The notes beneath the pieces were generated by a model that did no database searches, had not been told where the DNA came from, and was given only the letters and a program-made list of their open reading frames with translations. A stretch of DNA of 64,000 bases from contig CAMJRR010000012.1 in NCBI GenBank assembly GCA_946408345.1, forward strand, positions 1,993 through 65,992, given 5' to 3'. A program made the translations under genes and the position numbers. This document shows, piece after piece, positions 16,991 through 26,137 of this stretch (the stretch's first letter is position 1; every line of letters starts with the position of its first letter). This DNA is from an uncultured Bacteroidales bacterium. GTDB lineage: Bacteria > Bacteroidota > Bacteroidia > Bacteroidales > F082.

Positions 16991-17527
16991 ATGGAAGGAC
17001 TCACTGTAAAGGCCCACGTGGGCAAGAAACTGAAGAAATGGCTGGAAGACTCCTATCAGGATTCCGTGGTGCGCCCCAAGAAAGGCAGCGTGCTCGTGAC
17101 GATGATCATACCGTTCCTCGAACTCCGTCCGAAGGACTACGTTGAGGACCTGCCCGATGACGAGACCATCGAAATAGAGCTTCCCCTGAAACGCAACGAA
17201 AAAGTGTACTGTCAATCCACGGGTAAGGTGTATTATTGCAACACCATTTGGCGCAACACCCTTTCCAAAGCCGGACACAAGAAGGTGAAGTGGTTCTTTG
17301 AAACGACATTCCGCAAGGCATTCCACACCTTTATGGATGGCCATATAGAAGGACAGCACGAGAAGATGGGAGAGAAGGAGAGGCTGGAGGTGAAAGCCGC
17401 CGTTTGCGCCTTCCTCAACCAGTACCACATCGAGTACGACGAGAGGATGATCAGCAGCATGACCCGCGACTGGTGGCGTCATGTCGACGAGAACGAAAAG
17501 AACAGGGTTTCGCCAATGGTCTACTGA
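16991..17527 (+). CDS. hypothetical protein flanked by two repeat arrays (candidate regulator or replication initiator)
   Basis: 178-aa ORF. The overlapping reverse-strand 222-aa ORF has antisense-type composition. Confidence 0.6.
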   Translation: MEGLTVKAHVGKKLKKWLEDSYQDSVVRPKKGSVLVTMIIPFLELRPKDYVEDLPDDETIEIELPLKRNEKVYCQSTGKVYYCNTIWRNTLSKAGHKKVKWFFETTFRKAFHTFMDGHIEGQHEKMGEKERLEVKAAVCAFLNQYHIEYDERMISSMTRDWWRHVDENEKNRVSPMVY

Positions 17528-17533
17528 AAAACC

Positions 17534-17660
17534 GTCACTTTAATGTCACTGGAAATCAAGCCACAAAAGAGAAATTTTGGTCACTTATCCGTCACGGAAA
17601 ACCAAACCGAAAAAGAAAAATTTTGGTCACTTTGCTGTCACGGAAAAATCAAGCCGAAAA
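17534..17660 (+). repeat. three ~46-bp tandem units, each carrying GTCAC-N6-GTCAC
   Basis: GTCAC pairs at 17534/17545, 17580/17591 and 17626/17637. Each is followed by GGAAA..TCAAGCC-like sequence. Confidence 0.7.
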
Positions 17661-17692
17661 ACGCACAACAGAACATCTGAAAACCGAAAAAC

Positions 17693-18130
17693 ATGAACAA
17701 AGTAGCCCTCAAAAAGATTGGCTTCGTCGAGCAAAACGAAGTCGATGACCAATGGGACGTCGAACAAATCGATCCCGACCATCCAGCCGACAGGTCAATA
17801 CCGGTCGATGTGGTTATTCCCGGATACAAGGGGTTCCGTAGCATCGACCAAGACAATTCCTCTATGACTGAGGATCTTGATATAGGCGAGGAAGGCAACA
17901 AGTACCGCCAAGAGGTTCAGTTTGTGGTGCGTACCGAGTACGACCGCGACCTGGCGAAGAAGTACGAACGCCGCCCGCTGGTGCTCCACGTCTGGACCGT
18001 GGACGGACACCATTACAAGATAGGCACCAAATCCTATCCGGCATACCTCGTTACCGCCAAGAGCAACAGCATGGACACGGTGGCAACCGCCTTGACTGTT
18101 GGTTACGAAACCCTCACGCCCATTATGTAA
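17693..18130 (+). CDS. hypothetical protein
   Basis: 145-aa ORF followed by a terminator. Confidence 0.6.
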   Translation: MNKVALKKIGFVEQNEVDDQWDVEQIDPDHPADRSIPVDVVIPGYKGFRSIDQDNSSMTEDLDIGEEGNKYRQEVQFVVRTEYDRDLAKKYERRPLVLHVWTVDGHHYKIGTKSYPAYLVTAKSNSMDTVATALTVGYETLTPIM

Positions 18131-18170
18131 GCATCTTGATTTTTCCCATATTTGATTTTTTTTGGTTGTT

Positions 18171-18208
18171 GAAGTGCCTGCCTTTCCCAAGGTGGGCACT
18201 TCTTTTTT
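18171..18208 (+). terminator. rho-independent terminator
   Basis: GAAGTGCC (18171-18178) pairs with GGCACTTC (18195-18202), followed by TTTTTT. Confidence 0.7.
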
Positions 18209-18235
18209 AGTCACCACACACCACGGCGTGGAAAA

Positions 18236-18243
18236 TACTTTTG
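18236..18243 (+). promoter_or_regulatory. -7 promoter box (TACTTTTG) for the head operon
   Basis: Matches TAnnTTTG, 29 nt upstream of ATG 18272. Confidence 0.5.
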
Positions 18244-18271
18244 CTCACAAACCAAAGACCAAAATTTTTTC

Positions 18272-19582
18272 ATGCCCAAACTATCATTATTCAACGACAT
18301 CTTCCGCGAGCCGTGGATGATCGAGCCGCAGACCGCCGCCGCACAGAAACAGGTGCTGCAAGGTCTGCTGATGGGCTTGGAGTTCACCCAGGAGGATGAA
18401 ATGGTGCAGGCCGCCATCGGCCATAAGCAGAACCCTTCCATCCCTCGTGGCAGAAGCATCAACGTGGTCAACCTCGAAGGCACCATGCTCCGTGATGACG
18501 GACTTTGCGGCATGGTGGGCACACGCACCCTCGCCGCCTTGATCCGTGAAGCCGACGCCAAGGAGGAAGTGATTGGCCATGTCCTCTACATCGACTCCGG
18601 CGGTGGCGCCGCCAACAGCGTGCCCGACCTCGCCGAAGCCATCCAAGCCTGCCAGAAGCCCGTGGTCGCCTTCGTCGACGGCTACATGTGCAGCGCGGCC
18701 ATGTATGTCGGCAGCTACTGCCGCCACATCATAGCCAACCGCGAAGACAACAAGGTGGGCTGCATCGGCACGATGATCCAACTCGGAGACTGGCCCAAGC
18801 AAGTCAAGGACAGCGACGGCATCATTCACCTACGCGTCTATGCCGACGGAGCGGACGAAAAGAACGAGGAGTACGAGAAAGCCCTTGAAGGCAATTTCAG
18901 CCTCATCAAGGAACGTGTGCTCAATCCGCACAACGAACGCTTCAAAGCAGACATCAGAGCCAACCGACCAAACGTGAACGAAAACCAATTGAGAGGCCGC
19001 ACCTACAACGCCAAGGATGTGACCGGCTCACTTATCGATGCCATCGGCAACTTCGATAGTGCCGTGGCTAAAGTGCTTGAATTGTCAAACCTTAAAATAA
19101 CCAAGATGGACGAATATCAGAACCTGCAATCGCTCCCTGGCTGCCAAAACCTTGAAATTGTTGATGGCAGCGTGAGCCTCACCGAAGAACAGGTGTTGGA
19201 GGTTGACAAAGCCATCGGCGAAGGTATTACTGCAAAGGCCTTGAATGAGACCGACAAAAAGACCATCACCGAACAGGCAAAAACCATCACCGACCTCACT
19301 GCCGAACGTGACGAACTGAAGACCAAGGCCGACCAAGTGGAAGCCAAGGATGCCGAAATCGCCACCCTCACCACCGAACGCGACAACCTCAAAGAGGACA
19401 ACGCGAAGAAGGACGCCCGCATCGCCGAGCTGGAAGCAGCTCTCGATAAGAACCCCGACAACGACGAAGACCCGTTGCCTGCCATGCACCTCGGCAACCC
19501 TGCAAAGGAAGATACCTTCAAGGAACTCTCCGACGAGGAAGCAATGGAATACGCCCGCAAAGTCGTCAAAGGAGAAATCTAA
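18272..19582 (+). CDS. S49-family (SppA/ClpP-like) prohead protease with C-terminal coiled-coil scaffold region
   Basis: 436 aa. VLYIDSGGGAANSV and CSAAMYVGSYCRHIIAN. The C-terminal third is a charged heptad-like sequence. Confidence 0.8.
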   Translation: MPKLSLFNDIFREPWMIEPQTAAAQKQVLQGLLMGLEFTQEDEMVQAAIGHKQNPSIPRGRSINVVNLEGTMLRDDGLCGMVGTRTLAALIREADAKEEVIGHVLYIDSGGGAANSVPDLAEAIQACQKPVVAFVDGYMCSAAMYVGSYCRHIIANREDNKVGCIGTMIQLGDWPKQVKDSDGIIHLRVYADGADEKNEEYEKALEGNFSLIKERVLNPHNERFKADIRANRPNVNENQLRGRTYNAKDVTGSLIDAIGNFDSAVAKVLELSNLKITKMDEYQNLQSLPGCQNLEIVDGSVSLTEEQVLEVDKAIGEGITAKALNETDKKTITEQAKTITDLTAERDELKTKADQVEAKDAEIATLTTERDNLKEDNAKKDARIAELEAALDKNPDNDEDPLPAMHLGNPAKEDTFKELSDEEAMEYARKVVKGEI

Positions 19583-19615
19583 CCAGAAACATAACCACCA
19601 AAAACCATTACCAAA

Positions 19616-20908
19616 ATGCCTGAAGTTATCAACACCGTTTCTTTGGCTGATGCCCTGGTCCACAGTAACCATAAATTCCGTAAGGAGTGCATGCTGATTG
19701 TGATGGCCGCAGTCGAAGAAGTCACCCGCCACATGCGCGTGATCAATGGACTGAAGGGCAAGGAGACCGAGGCCACCATCGTGCCTCAGGCCAAGTTCCG
19801 CCCTTACCACTCCGAGAAGGTAGTTAGCGGCACTGGCGGCCTCACCGCCCGCACGCTCGAGACCTTCCCGCTCGAAATCCTTGAGGAGTTCGACCCCGAA
19901 AACCTCTACACCACCATCTTCGGTACCCCTGTCGATGCCGAGAAGATCAACCTCGACATCGTTCGCCGCATCCTCACCGAGGAAATGAACAACGCAAGCC
20001 GTGGCCTGTGCGACCTTATCTTCAAGGGCGTGCGTGTGGCCGATGGCACTGGAGCCCTCGATGGCTTCGACGGCTTCGACACCATCATCGCCAAGGAGAT
20101 TGCCGCTGGCAACATCAGCCTTGAAGCTGGCAACTTCACCAACCTGGGCGAAGTGAACTCCACCAACATCGGCGACCTCTGGAAGCGCATGTATCGCAAG
20201 ATGGCCGAAACCCTCCGTGGTGGCGCCACCAAGAAACTGAAGCTCATCTGCTCGTTCACCGAGTACGACATGTACAAGAACTGGTACGCCCTGCAGTTCG
20301 GAGCAGGCAACTTCGCTGGCACTCCTGAGCAGACCTACCTCGACGGCACTGCCAACAAGGTGCAAATCGTCCCGTTGCCCGGCATGGACGGTGTGGGCCA
20401 CTGCTTCGTCACCGTGCAAGAGAACATGAAGGTCGGCTTCGACGTGCTGTCCAAGTCCACCAAGTTCAACGTGCGCATCCCCGACAACCCCAACGTGGTC
20501 CAGATGCACGCGAAGATTTATGCCGGTGTTAACTTCGCCAACATCAGCAAGGACTTCCTCATGGTCGGTGCCCGTACCGTGAAGGACGACAGCGTATTTA
20601 TGGATGCCGACAAGTCTTCCGTGACCTTCGCCGACACTGCTTCCAACGCTACCAAGACCGCCAAGGTGAAGTTCTTCGGCTTCAACCTGACCGAGGCCAC
20701 CAGCCTGACCCTTGAAGGCACCAACGCCGCCAAGTTCAGCCTGAGCGCCAACAGCATCTCCGCCGCCGACGCCAACGCCACCGCTGGCAAGGAAATCACC
20801 ATCACCTTCACTCCTGGAGCCACTGGCAGCTTCACAGCCGCCCTGCGCGTGACCAATGCCACCGACAACGTGAGCATCGTCATCCCGCTGGCTGGTAAGG
20901 GAGTCTAA
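19616..20908 (+). CDS. major capsid protein with C-terminal Ig-like domain (call by position)
   Basis: 430 aa, directly after the protease/scaffold. The C-terminal ~100 aa is a T/S/A-rich beta-type repeat (KVKFFGFNLTEATSLTLEG...ITITFTPGATGSF). Confidence 0.65.
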   Translation: MPEVINTVSLADALVHSNHKFRKECMLIVMAAVEEVTRHMRVINGLKGKETEATIVPQAKFRPYHSEKVVSGTGGLTARTLETFPLEILEEFDPENLYTTIFGTPVDAEKINLDIVRRILTEEMNNASRGLCDLIFKGVRVADGTGALDGFDGFDTIIAKEIAAGNISLEAGNFTNLGEVNSTNIGDLWKRMYRKMAETLRGGATKKLKLICSFTEYDMYKNWYALQFGAGNFAGTPEQTYLDGTANKVQIVPLPGMDGVGHCFVTVQENMKVGFDVLSKSTKFNVRIPDNPNVVQMHAKIYAGVNFANISKDFLMVGARTVKDDSVFMDADKSSVTFADTASNATKTAKVKFFGFNLTEATSLTLEGTNAAKFSLSANSISAADANATAGKEITITFTPGATGSFTAALRVTNATDNVSIVIPLAGKGV

Positions 20909-20928
20909 CCGATAGGAGAGGTAAAGCT

Positions 20929-21561
20929 ATGAAAAACAAAGTTAAAGTTCAAGCAATCGTACTCGCCGTTACGTTGGCTGACATCAATTTCAAGATCGGA
21001 AGCGTGAACCCTTCTGGCATCAGCGATGAGATTTTCTACATTCCAAAACAGGATATCGTCGGATGGCCATCAATTGCAAACGACTTCGACACCGCCGAAG
21101 ACAACAATGAATACGCCTGCTATTCAGGTAATTTCACACTTGCTGCCAGTAAAGCCTGGCACCGCCTTTACAACACGCAAGGCAAAGGCAAGATCAGTTG
21201 GGAGTATCAAGGCGAGACCGACTGTAAGGTTGTGATCAACAAGGCTTCACTGAGCTATCCGAAGCTCACAGATGAAATCCGTGCCTTCGCGAAGTTCGCC
21301 TCCAATGGCGACTTCGTGTTCATGGTGAAGCATGATTCCAAGTACTACGTCATCGGTAACGATGACTACCGAGCCACCGTAACGCCTAACGGCGACAGCG
21401 GCGACGCACCTGGAAGCGCAAAGGGCGTGACCATCGACATCGAATGCCCTGACGTTACACCGCTGCCAACCTACAGCGGCACGTTGCCACTGTCTGATGG
21501 CACTCTGAACTGTGAAACTGGTGTATTTACGCCGAATCCATCCGTTAGTCCATCTAATTAA
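20929..21561 (+). CDS. hypothetical head-associated protein
   Basis: 210-aa ORF following the capsid gene. Confidence 0.6.
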   Translation: MKNKVKVQAIVLAVTLADINFKIGSVNPSGISDEIFYIPKQDIVGWPSIANDFDTAEDNNEYACYSGNFTLAASKAWHRLYNTQGKGKISWEYQGETDCKVVINKASLSYPKLTDEIRAFAKFASNGDFVFMVKHDSKYYVIGNDDYRATVTPNGDSGDAPGSAKGVTIDIECPDVTPLPTYSGTLPLSDGTLNCETGVFTPNPSVSPSN

Positions 21562-21580
21562 TGAGTTGAAAACTGACATT

Positions 21581-22453
21581 ATGAATGGATTAGGAAAGTT
21601 CAATTCCTTGGACGGCTATACCTTCGACGAGGGTATAGCCTTCCTTGTTTTGGTGAAAGCCCCATTGGGTGTGATCAACCACCTGAAAGCCACGCACAAC
21701 CGTAGCCACCTCCACAGCGAGATCCACAAACAACTTCGCATCCCCCGCGTGAAGGACATTGTGCGGAAAAACTTCGAAATCCCGAAATCGTCCACCGTCG
21801 AAAGCACGATAGCACGAAAGAACGAAATCCCGAAAGAGGAAGACAACTCTAACAAACCGAAATCGAACGAAATCGAGCCAAAATCGAACGAAATTGCGCC
21901 AAAATCGAACGAAATCAAGCCAAATTCGAACGATGACGAACCCGATTCTGACGAAACCGACCCTACCGAAATCATCCTTACCAAGGAGGATGTCCGCACC
22001 CACGCCAACACCCGCCTCGAAGACATGCCCAACGACCTGTGCCGCACCCTTTGGCAGAAACGCCAAGACGTGTACCGCGAAATGCAACAGGCACACCTCA
22101 AAATGAGGGCAGTGCCCGAAGGCGAGGAACATAACGAGGAACGCGCACATTGGCGCGATGAAGTGCTTCGACTCGATGCCGAAAACGATGCCTACTGGCA
22201 GCAAATCGACGAAGAGATAGAACGCTTCGAAAGCACGAAAGAACGTAATCCCGAAAGCACGAAAAAAGAAGCCCCCGCCTTCGACCTCTCCACCTACCGC
22301 GCCTACATCAGCAAGGCCCTCCGCAAGAAGAAACTCTCTCCCGAACAACTGGTAGAACTCCAGCATCGTGTGGATGCCATGATTGCAGCCAAGGTGGATA
22401 TGAAACCGGAGACCTTGGAAAAACTCAAAGCCATAGGCATCAACGTTGGATGA
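21581..22453 (+). CDS. hypothetical acidic protein with internal tandem repeats
   Basis: 290 aa from ATG 21581. Contains a KSNEI(E/A/K)P repeat. The 320-aa antisense ORF was rejected. Confidence 0.6.
   Translation: MNGLGKFNSLDGYTFDEGIAFLVLVKAPLGVINHLKATHNRSHLHSEIHKQLRIPRVKDIVRKNFEIPKSSTVESTIARKNEIPKEEDNSNKPKSNEIEPKSNEIAPKSNEIKPNSNDDEPDSDETDPTEIILTKEDVRTHANTRLEDMPNDLCRTLWQKRQDVYREMQQAHLKMRAVPEGEEHNEERAHWRDEVLRLDAENDAYWQQIDEEIERFESTKERNPESTKKEAPAFDLSTYRAYISKALRKKKLSPEQLVELQHRVDAMIAAKVDMKPETLEKLKAIGINVG
21857..21940 (+). repeat. intragenic 21-bp tandem repeat, 4 copies
   Basis: CC(G/A)AAATCGAACGAAAT(C/T)G(A/C)G-type units at 21857, 21878, 21899 and 21920. Confidence 0.8.
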
Positions 22454-22898
22454 ACCACTGACCATACCAGGTGTGCGCGTCAGCCGGACCAACTCAATGC
22501 AGATGCTCAGGCAAATCGTGCAGATGACGGGCAACGGCAGCAAGCTCGTCATCTTTTCCTATTCAGTCACGGATGGATGGCTTCGTCAACTGATGAAACT
22601 GAGGCAAGAATACCAGCTGCAGCACATCACTCTGGTCCTCGACCGCGCCGTGATGATACGCCACCGCGAGAAGCTGCTGCAAATCGAGCGCGTCGCCGAT
22701 GAATGCTACCTCACCGACAGCCACGCCAAGGTGTACCTCAGTCAAGGCGAAACCAAAACCATCGCGCTGATAACCTCAGCCAACGCCACGAACAATTATA
22801 GAAACGAATGCTACTATGGAACAGACCGACCCGAAGAAATCAAACAAATCGAATCAGACATCTCAGCAATTCTTGGAACTGCTTTCTGTATCGACTGA
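22446..22898 (+). CDS. single-HKD PLD-superfamily (Nuc-like) protein
   Basis: 150 aa. DSHAKVYLSQGETKTIALITSANATNN fits H-x-K...(S/G)-x-N. Confidence 0.55.
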   Translation: MDEPLTIPGVRVSRTNSMQMLRQIVQMTGNGSKLVIFSYSVTDGWLRQLMKLRQEYQLQHITLVLDRAVMIRHREKLLQIERVADECYLTDSHAKVYLSQGETKTIALITSANATNNYRNECYYGTDRPEEIKQIESDISAILGTAFCID

Positions 22899-22914
22899 CG
22901 CAGAAATCGTTGAA

Positions 22915-23163
22915 ATGTTAGCCGCGCAATTCTTCACCATAAGGCAAATAGCGCAATATATCGGTATGGATCCAGACAATCTACGCAGTATCATCAACTA
23001 CGATGAAGGTAACGACCTCGCAAAAGCCTACTGGAAAGGCAAGATGAAGACCGAAATTCTACTTCGTTTCGACACACTGAAATTTGCGGCTGCAGGAAAT
23101 CCACAAGCCAGCCAAGAGATGAAAGAATACCTATCACAACAAAATGTAGACGAAAATGCGTGA
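22915..23163 (+). CDS. possible terminase small subunit / HTH DNA-binding protein
   Basis: 82 aa from ATG 22915. The ORF is open from 22816 but would overlap the upstream gene by 83 nt. HTH-like FTIRQIAQYIGMDPDNLRSII. Called by position upstream of TerL. Confidence 0.45.
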   Translation: MLAAQFFTIRQIAQYIGMDPDNLRSIINYDEGNDLAKAYWKGKMKTEILLRFDTLKFAAAGNPQASQEMKEYLSQQNVDENA

Positions 23164-23728
23164 TGAAAATCTACAACTCATCGAGAACAATATGTTCCTC
23201 CCTGAAGAGAGTCGCAAACCTTTAACAGAAAGCCAATGCAAATTGCTTGAAGAGGTGACGGATTGCTACCACGTACAACTCCAAAAACCAATGATCAGCC
23301 GCGCGTCTCTACGTGATTATCTCATTAATAAGTACAAGCTGACTAAGACTCAGGCATACCGCGTCATCCAGTATGCTGCAGTCATCCTTGGCAACGTGCA
23401 ACCAACGCACAAAAACTTCATACGACAACGAGTTGAGTTCCTATCTGAGAAAGCCTACGAAGCCATCGAGGCTACAGATTACCGGCGTGCTGATGCTCTG
23501 ACAAAGTTGGCCAAGGTGCTCTCCAAAGCCTTTGCCACCAATATTGATGAAGGTGAGCTCATCAATGCGCAGAAGTATCTCGAAATCGATGTGGTGAACA
23601 TCACCATCGACCCCACAGCACTCGGCATCAAGACCAGCGAAGCAAAGCAAAGGGAAATCAATAAGATGCTCCGCAAATACGAGATTGAAGACGCTGAAAT
23701 CATTCCACCAGAGGAGGATAAGGAATGA
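23156..23728 (+). CDS. hypothetical protein (packaging module)
   Basis: 190-aa ORF overlapping both neighbours. Confidence 0.6.
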   Translation: MRDENLQLIENNMFLPEESRKPLTESQCKLLEEVTDCYHVQLQKPMISRASLRDYLINKYKLTKTQAYRVIQYAAVILGNVQPTHKNFIRQRVEFLSEKAYEAIEATDYRRADALTKLAKVLSKAFATNIDEGELINAQKYLEIDVVNITIDPTALGIKTSEAKQREINKMLRKYEIEDAEIIPPEEDKE

Positions 23729-25311
23729 ATAACCTCTATCTCCATCCTGGCCAACTCCGCTACAAACTGGTTGATCCACGCGATTCGGTCAACATCTGCA
23801 GCCGTCGATGGGGCAAATCCTTCATCATTGCCATGCGTATCATGGGCAACGTGCTGGAGATGCCTGGCAGCCTCGGTGTGTTCGTGGCCAGCAGTTTCCG
23901 TCAAGCCCATGCCCGCACCCTGCCTTCGGCTCTCATGGCCATGGATGCCTTCGGATGGAAGCGCGATATCCATTATGTGATTGGCCATCGACCCGACCCG
24001 CGTTTAGGCTTCAAGGAACCCATCTTCTGCCCAAGCGACCTGAAAGATGTGATATGGTTTGCCAACGGCACGATTATGATGATCGTGAGCCAGGAGGTAG
24101 TGCTGTCGGCCAACTCCCTTACCATCCACTGGCTCGTCGCCGATGAAGCCAAGGGCCTCGACTACGACAAACTTTCCAACGAGATACTCCCCGCCATCGG
24201 TGGTAGCTCCATCTACTTCAACGACCCAGCAAAATATCCTCACCTCTGGGGCACAACCTACACGACCGATATGCCGTGCAGCAAGGAAGGTTTGTGGCTT
24301 ATCAACAAGTTCGAAAACGAATGTGACCCTGAACTGTATGAAACCATCATCGGCATGGAACTCCAAAAACGCCGACTGATGACGGAGCCTCAGAACACCT
24401 ACACCAGGCAACGCATAGCCTACCTGACACGTGCCGCAAACCTCTTGCGGTCAAAGACACTCTATTACCAGGAGCGTTCCATTTTCGACAATATCGCCGT
24501 GGTTGGCCCTGACTATGTGAAACGCTGTGAACGAAGTATGCCTGCCCTTGCCTTCAGAACATCCATCCTTTGCAAACGTATCGACAAAGTGGAAGGTATG
24601 TTCTATGAGAGCTTCGAAAAGAAAGTGCACATCTACCATGCAACGGATAACAGCCGGTTGAATGATTATAAGGAACAAAAATATGACTGTCTCCTCGACA
24701 CCGACATCGTGAGAACCAAGCCAATCGCCATCAGCTTCGACTATGGCGCACTCATCAACTGGCTTGTGGCCGCCCAGGTGCAAGGCGGCACTCACAAGAC
24801 CTTGAAGAGTTTCTACACGAAACACAAGCAACGCCTTCGCGAAGTGATTCAACTCTTCTGCGAGTATTACGAAGCCCATCCCTGCAAAACGGTGTTCTAT
24901 TACTTCGACTCCACAGCCTTGGCCACCGGCTATGTCGAAGTCGGCCACGCTGCCTACGACATTGTCCACGATGAATTGCAGAAGCACTGTTGGTACGTCA
25001 AGGATAAGCCCCTCGGAAACCCGATGGAACACGACAAGAAACACAAGATCATCAACGATGCCTTCGAAGGACGAAAGAAGCTGATGCCCATGTTCAACGC
25101 CGACAACAACGAGGAACTGATCCAGGCAATGATGTTGGCTGAAGTGGTGATAGGTTCCAAAGGGGTACGCAAGGACAAATCCGGTGAAAAGACCATCGAG
25201 AGCGACACCAACCTGCCCTTGGAACTCCGCACCGATGGCACCGACGCATGGGACACCAACTTCCTCGGCTGCCTTACCCATCCTTACGATGACGATTTCA
25301 TCTATGGGTAG
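23725..25311 (+). CDS. terL: terminase large subunit
   Basis: 528 aa. Walker A-like SRRWGKS and Walker B-like HWLVADEA. Size and position are typical. Confidence 0.8.
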   Translation: MNNLYLHPGQLRYKLVDPRDSVNICSRRWGKSFIIAMRIMGNVLEMPGSLGVFVASSFRQAHARTLPSALMAMDAFGWKRDIHYVIGHRPDPRLGFKEPIFCPSDLKDVIWFANGTIMMIVSQEVVLSANSLTIHWLVADEAKGLDYDKLSNEILPAIGGSSIYFNDPAKYPHLWGTTYTTDMPCSKEGLWLINKFENECDPELYETIIGMELQKRRLMTEPQNTYTRQRIAYLTRAANLLRSKTLYYQERSIFDNIAVVGPDYVKRCERSMPALAFRTSILCKRIDKVEGMFYESFEKKVHIYHATDNSRLNDYKEQKYDCLLDTDIVRTKPIAISFDYGALINWLVAAQVQGGTHKTLKSFYTKHKQRLREVIQLFCEYYEAHPCKTVFYYFDSTALATGYVEVGHAAYDIVHDELQKHCWYVKDKPLGNPMEHDKKHKIINDAFEGRKKLMPMFNADNNEELIQAMMLAEVVIGSKGVRKDKSGEKTIESDTNLPLELRTDGTDAWDTNFLGCLTHPYDDDFIYG

Positions 25312-25699
25312 TAAAATCAAACTTGCCAATCGAAGCCGGAAGAACCGCATGTTCTTTGACCATCTCATCCGCGAGATAGCCATTTGCCTCAATGTGGGCG
25401 ACACGGCTTTGAACCGTGAGCAACTTGTACCGACCTATGTCAAACATACCCAAGCCAGAGAACTCGTTGAAGACGAGAACTACATCCAAATCACCCGCGA
25501 TACGGGCTGCCTTTACCAACCTTTGGCGCAAATCCTTCCCTGCAAGCTCCTTGACCAGATTGATGAGATGCTACAGCAAGCCCCACACAACCTGAAGGGA
25601 AGCCATTCAAGGAAACTCATCACCGACTATCTTTCCAGTTGCACCGACCTCACCGAATGCCATTATTCCGCTATGAATCTGATGCAGTCCGTTTATTGA
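25304..25699 (+). CDS. hypothetical protein
   Basis: 131 aa from ATG 25304, which overlaps the TerL stop. Confidence 0.55.
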   Translation: MGSKIKLANRSRKNRMFFDHLIREIAICLNVGDTALNREQLVPTYVKHTQARELVEDENYIQITRDTGCLYQPLAQILPCKLLDQIDEMLQQAPHNLKGSHSRKLITDYLSSCTDLTECHYSAMNLMQSVY

Positions 25700-25752
25700 C
25701 AGGGCTTTATTCGTTGATTGCCGATTAAGCGGGTTTCGCCGTGCTTAATTTG

Positions 25753-25893
25753 CAGTTTAATTTTCGGGGGTCAAAACTAAATTGGCAGTTAAGCCAAAGT
25801 AAAATATCAGTTTAATTTTCAGGGGTTAAAACTAAATTGGCAGTTAAGCCAAAGTAAAATATCAGTTTAATTTTCGGGGGTCAAAATTAAAAT
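25753..25893 (+). repeat. 55-bp tandem repeat, about 2.5 copies
   Basis: CAGTTTAATTTTCGGGGGTCAAAACTAAATTGGCAGTTAAGCCAAAGTAAAATAT starts at 25753, 25808 and 25863 (last copy partial). It is preceded by the hairpin ATTAAGC-N12-GCTTAAT. Confidence 0.85.
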
Positions 25894-25940
25894 CATCGCA
25901 AAAAAAATCGCCCAAATTGTTGCACATTCCAAAAAAGCCG

Positions 25941-25948
25941 TATATTTG
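25941..25948 (+). promoter_or_regulatory. -7 promoter box within the recurring TATATTTGCAGCG motif
   Basis: TATATTTG. The extended motif recurs at 26966 and 41284, with variants at 28937, 42739 and 42927. Confidence 0.55.
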
Positions 25949-25952
25949 CAGC

Positions 25953-26137
25953 GTTCAAACTATTCGCGGCGTAAGATGACAGCCGCACCAACAGCGGCAT
26001 TTTTTATGCCTATACATATCGATGATTAACAGAGCCAACGGCTCCGAGGGACGCGGTAGCAGTAATGCCCGTAAGGTTTGCGAATAGACCTGAACACCCC
26101 TATCGGAGCCTATTTTGTTCAATGTTCAAACTATTCG
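25953..26137 (+). promoter_or_regulatory. structured 5' leader (box / anti-box / box) of ORF 26115-26546
   Basis: The 14-mer GTTCAAACTATTCG occurs at 25953-25966 and 26124-26137. An imperfect complement lies at 26081-26095. A helix pairs 26040-26050 with 26097-26110. A terminator-like hairpin plus T-run lies at 25982-26005. Confidence 0.55.

Noticed and set aside
19085-20509. 474-aa reverse-strand ORF
   Set aside because: It is antisense to the protease and capsid genes and has G/V/H/L-rich low-information composition. It lacks start context and breaks the co-directional operon.
25753-25893. Possible CRISPR array
   Set aside because: The 55-bp units are directly adjacent, with no unique spacers between them. 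The units are far longer than CRISPR repeats, and no cas genes are in the window.
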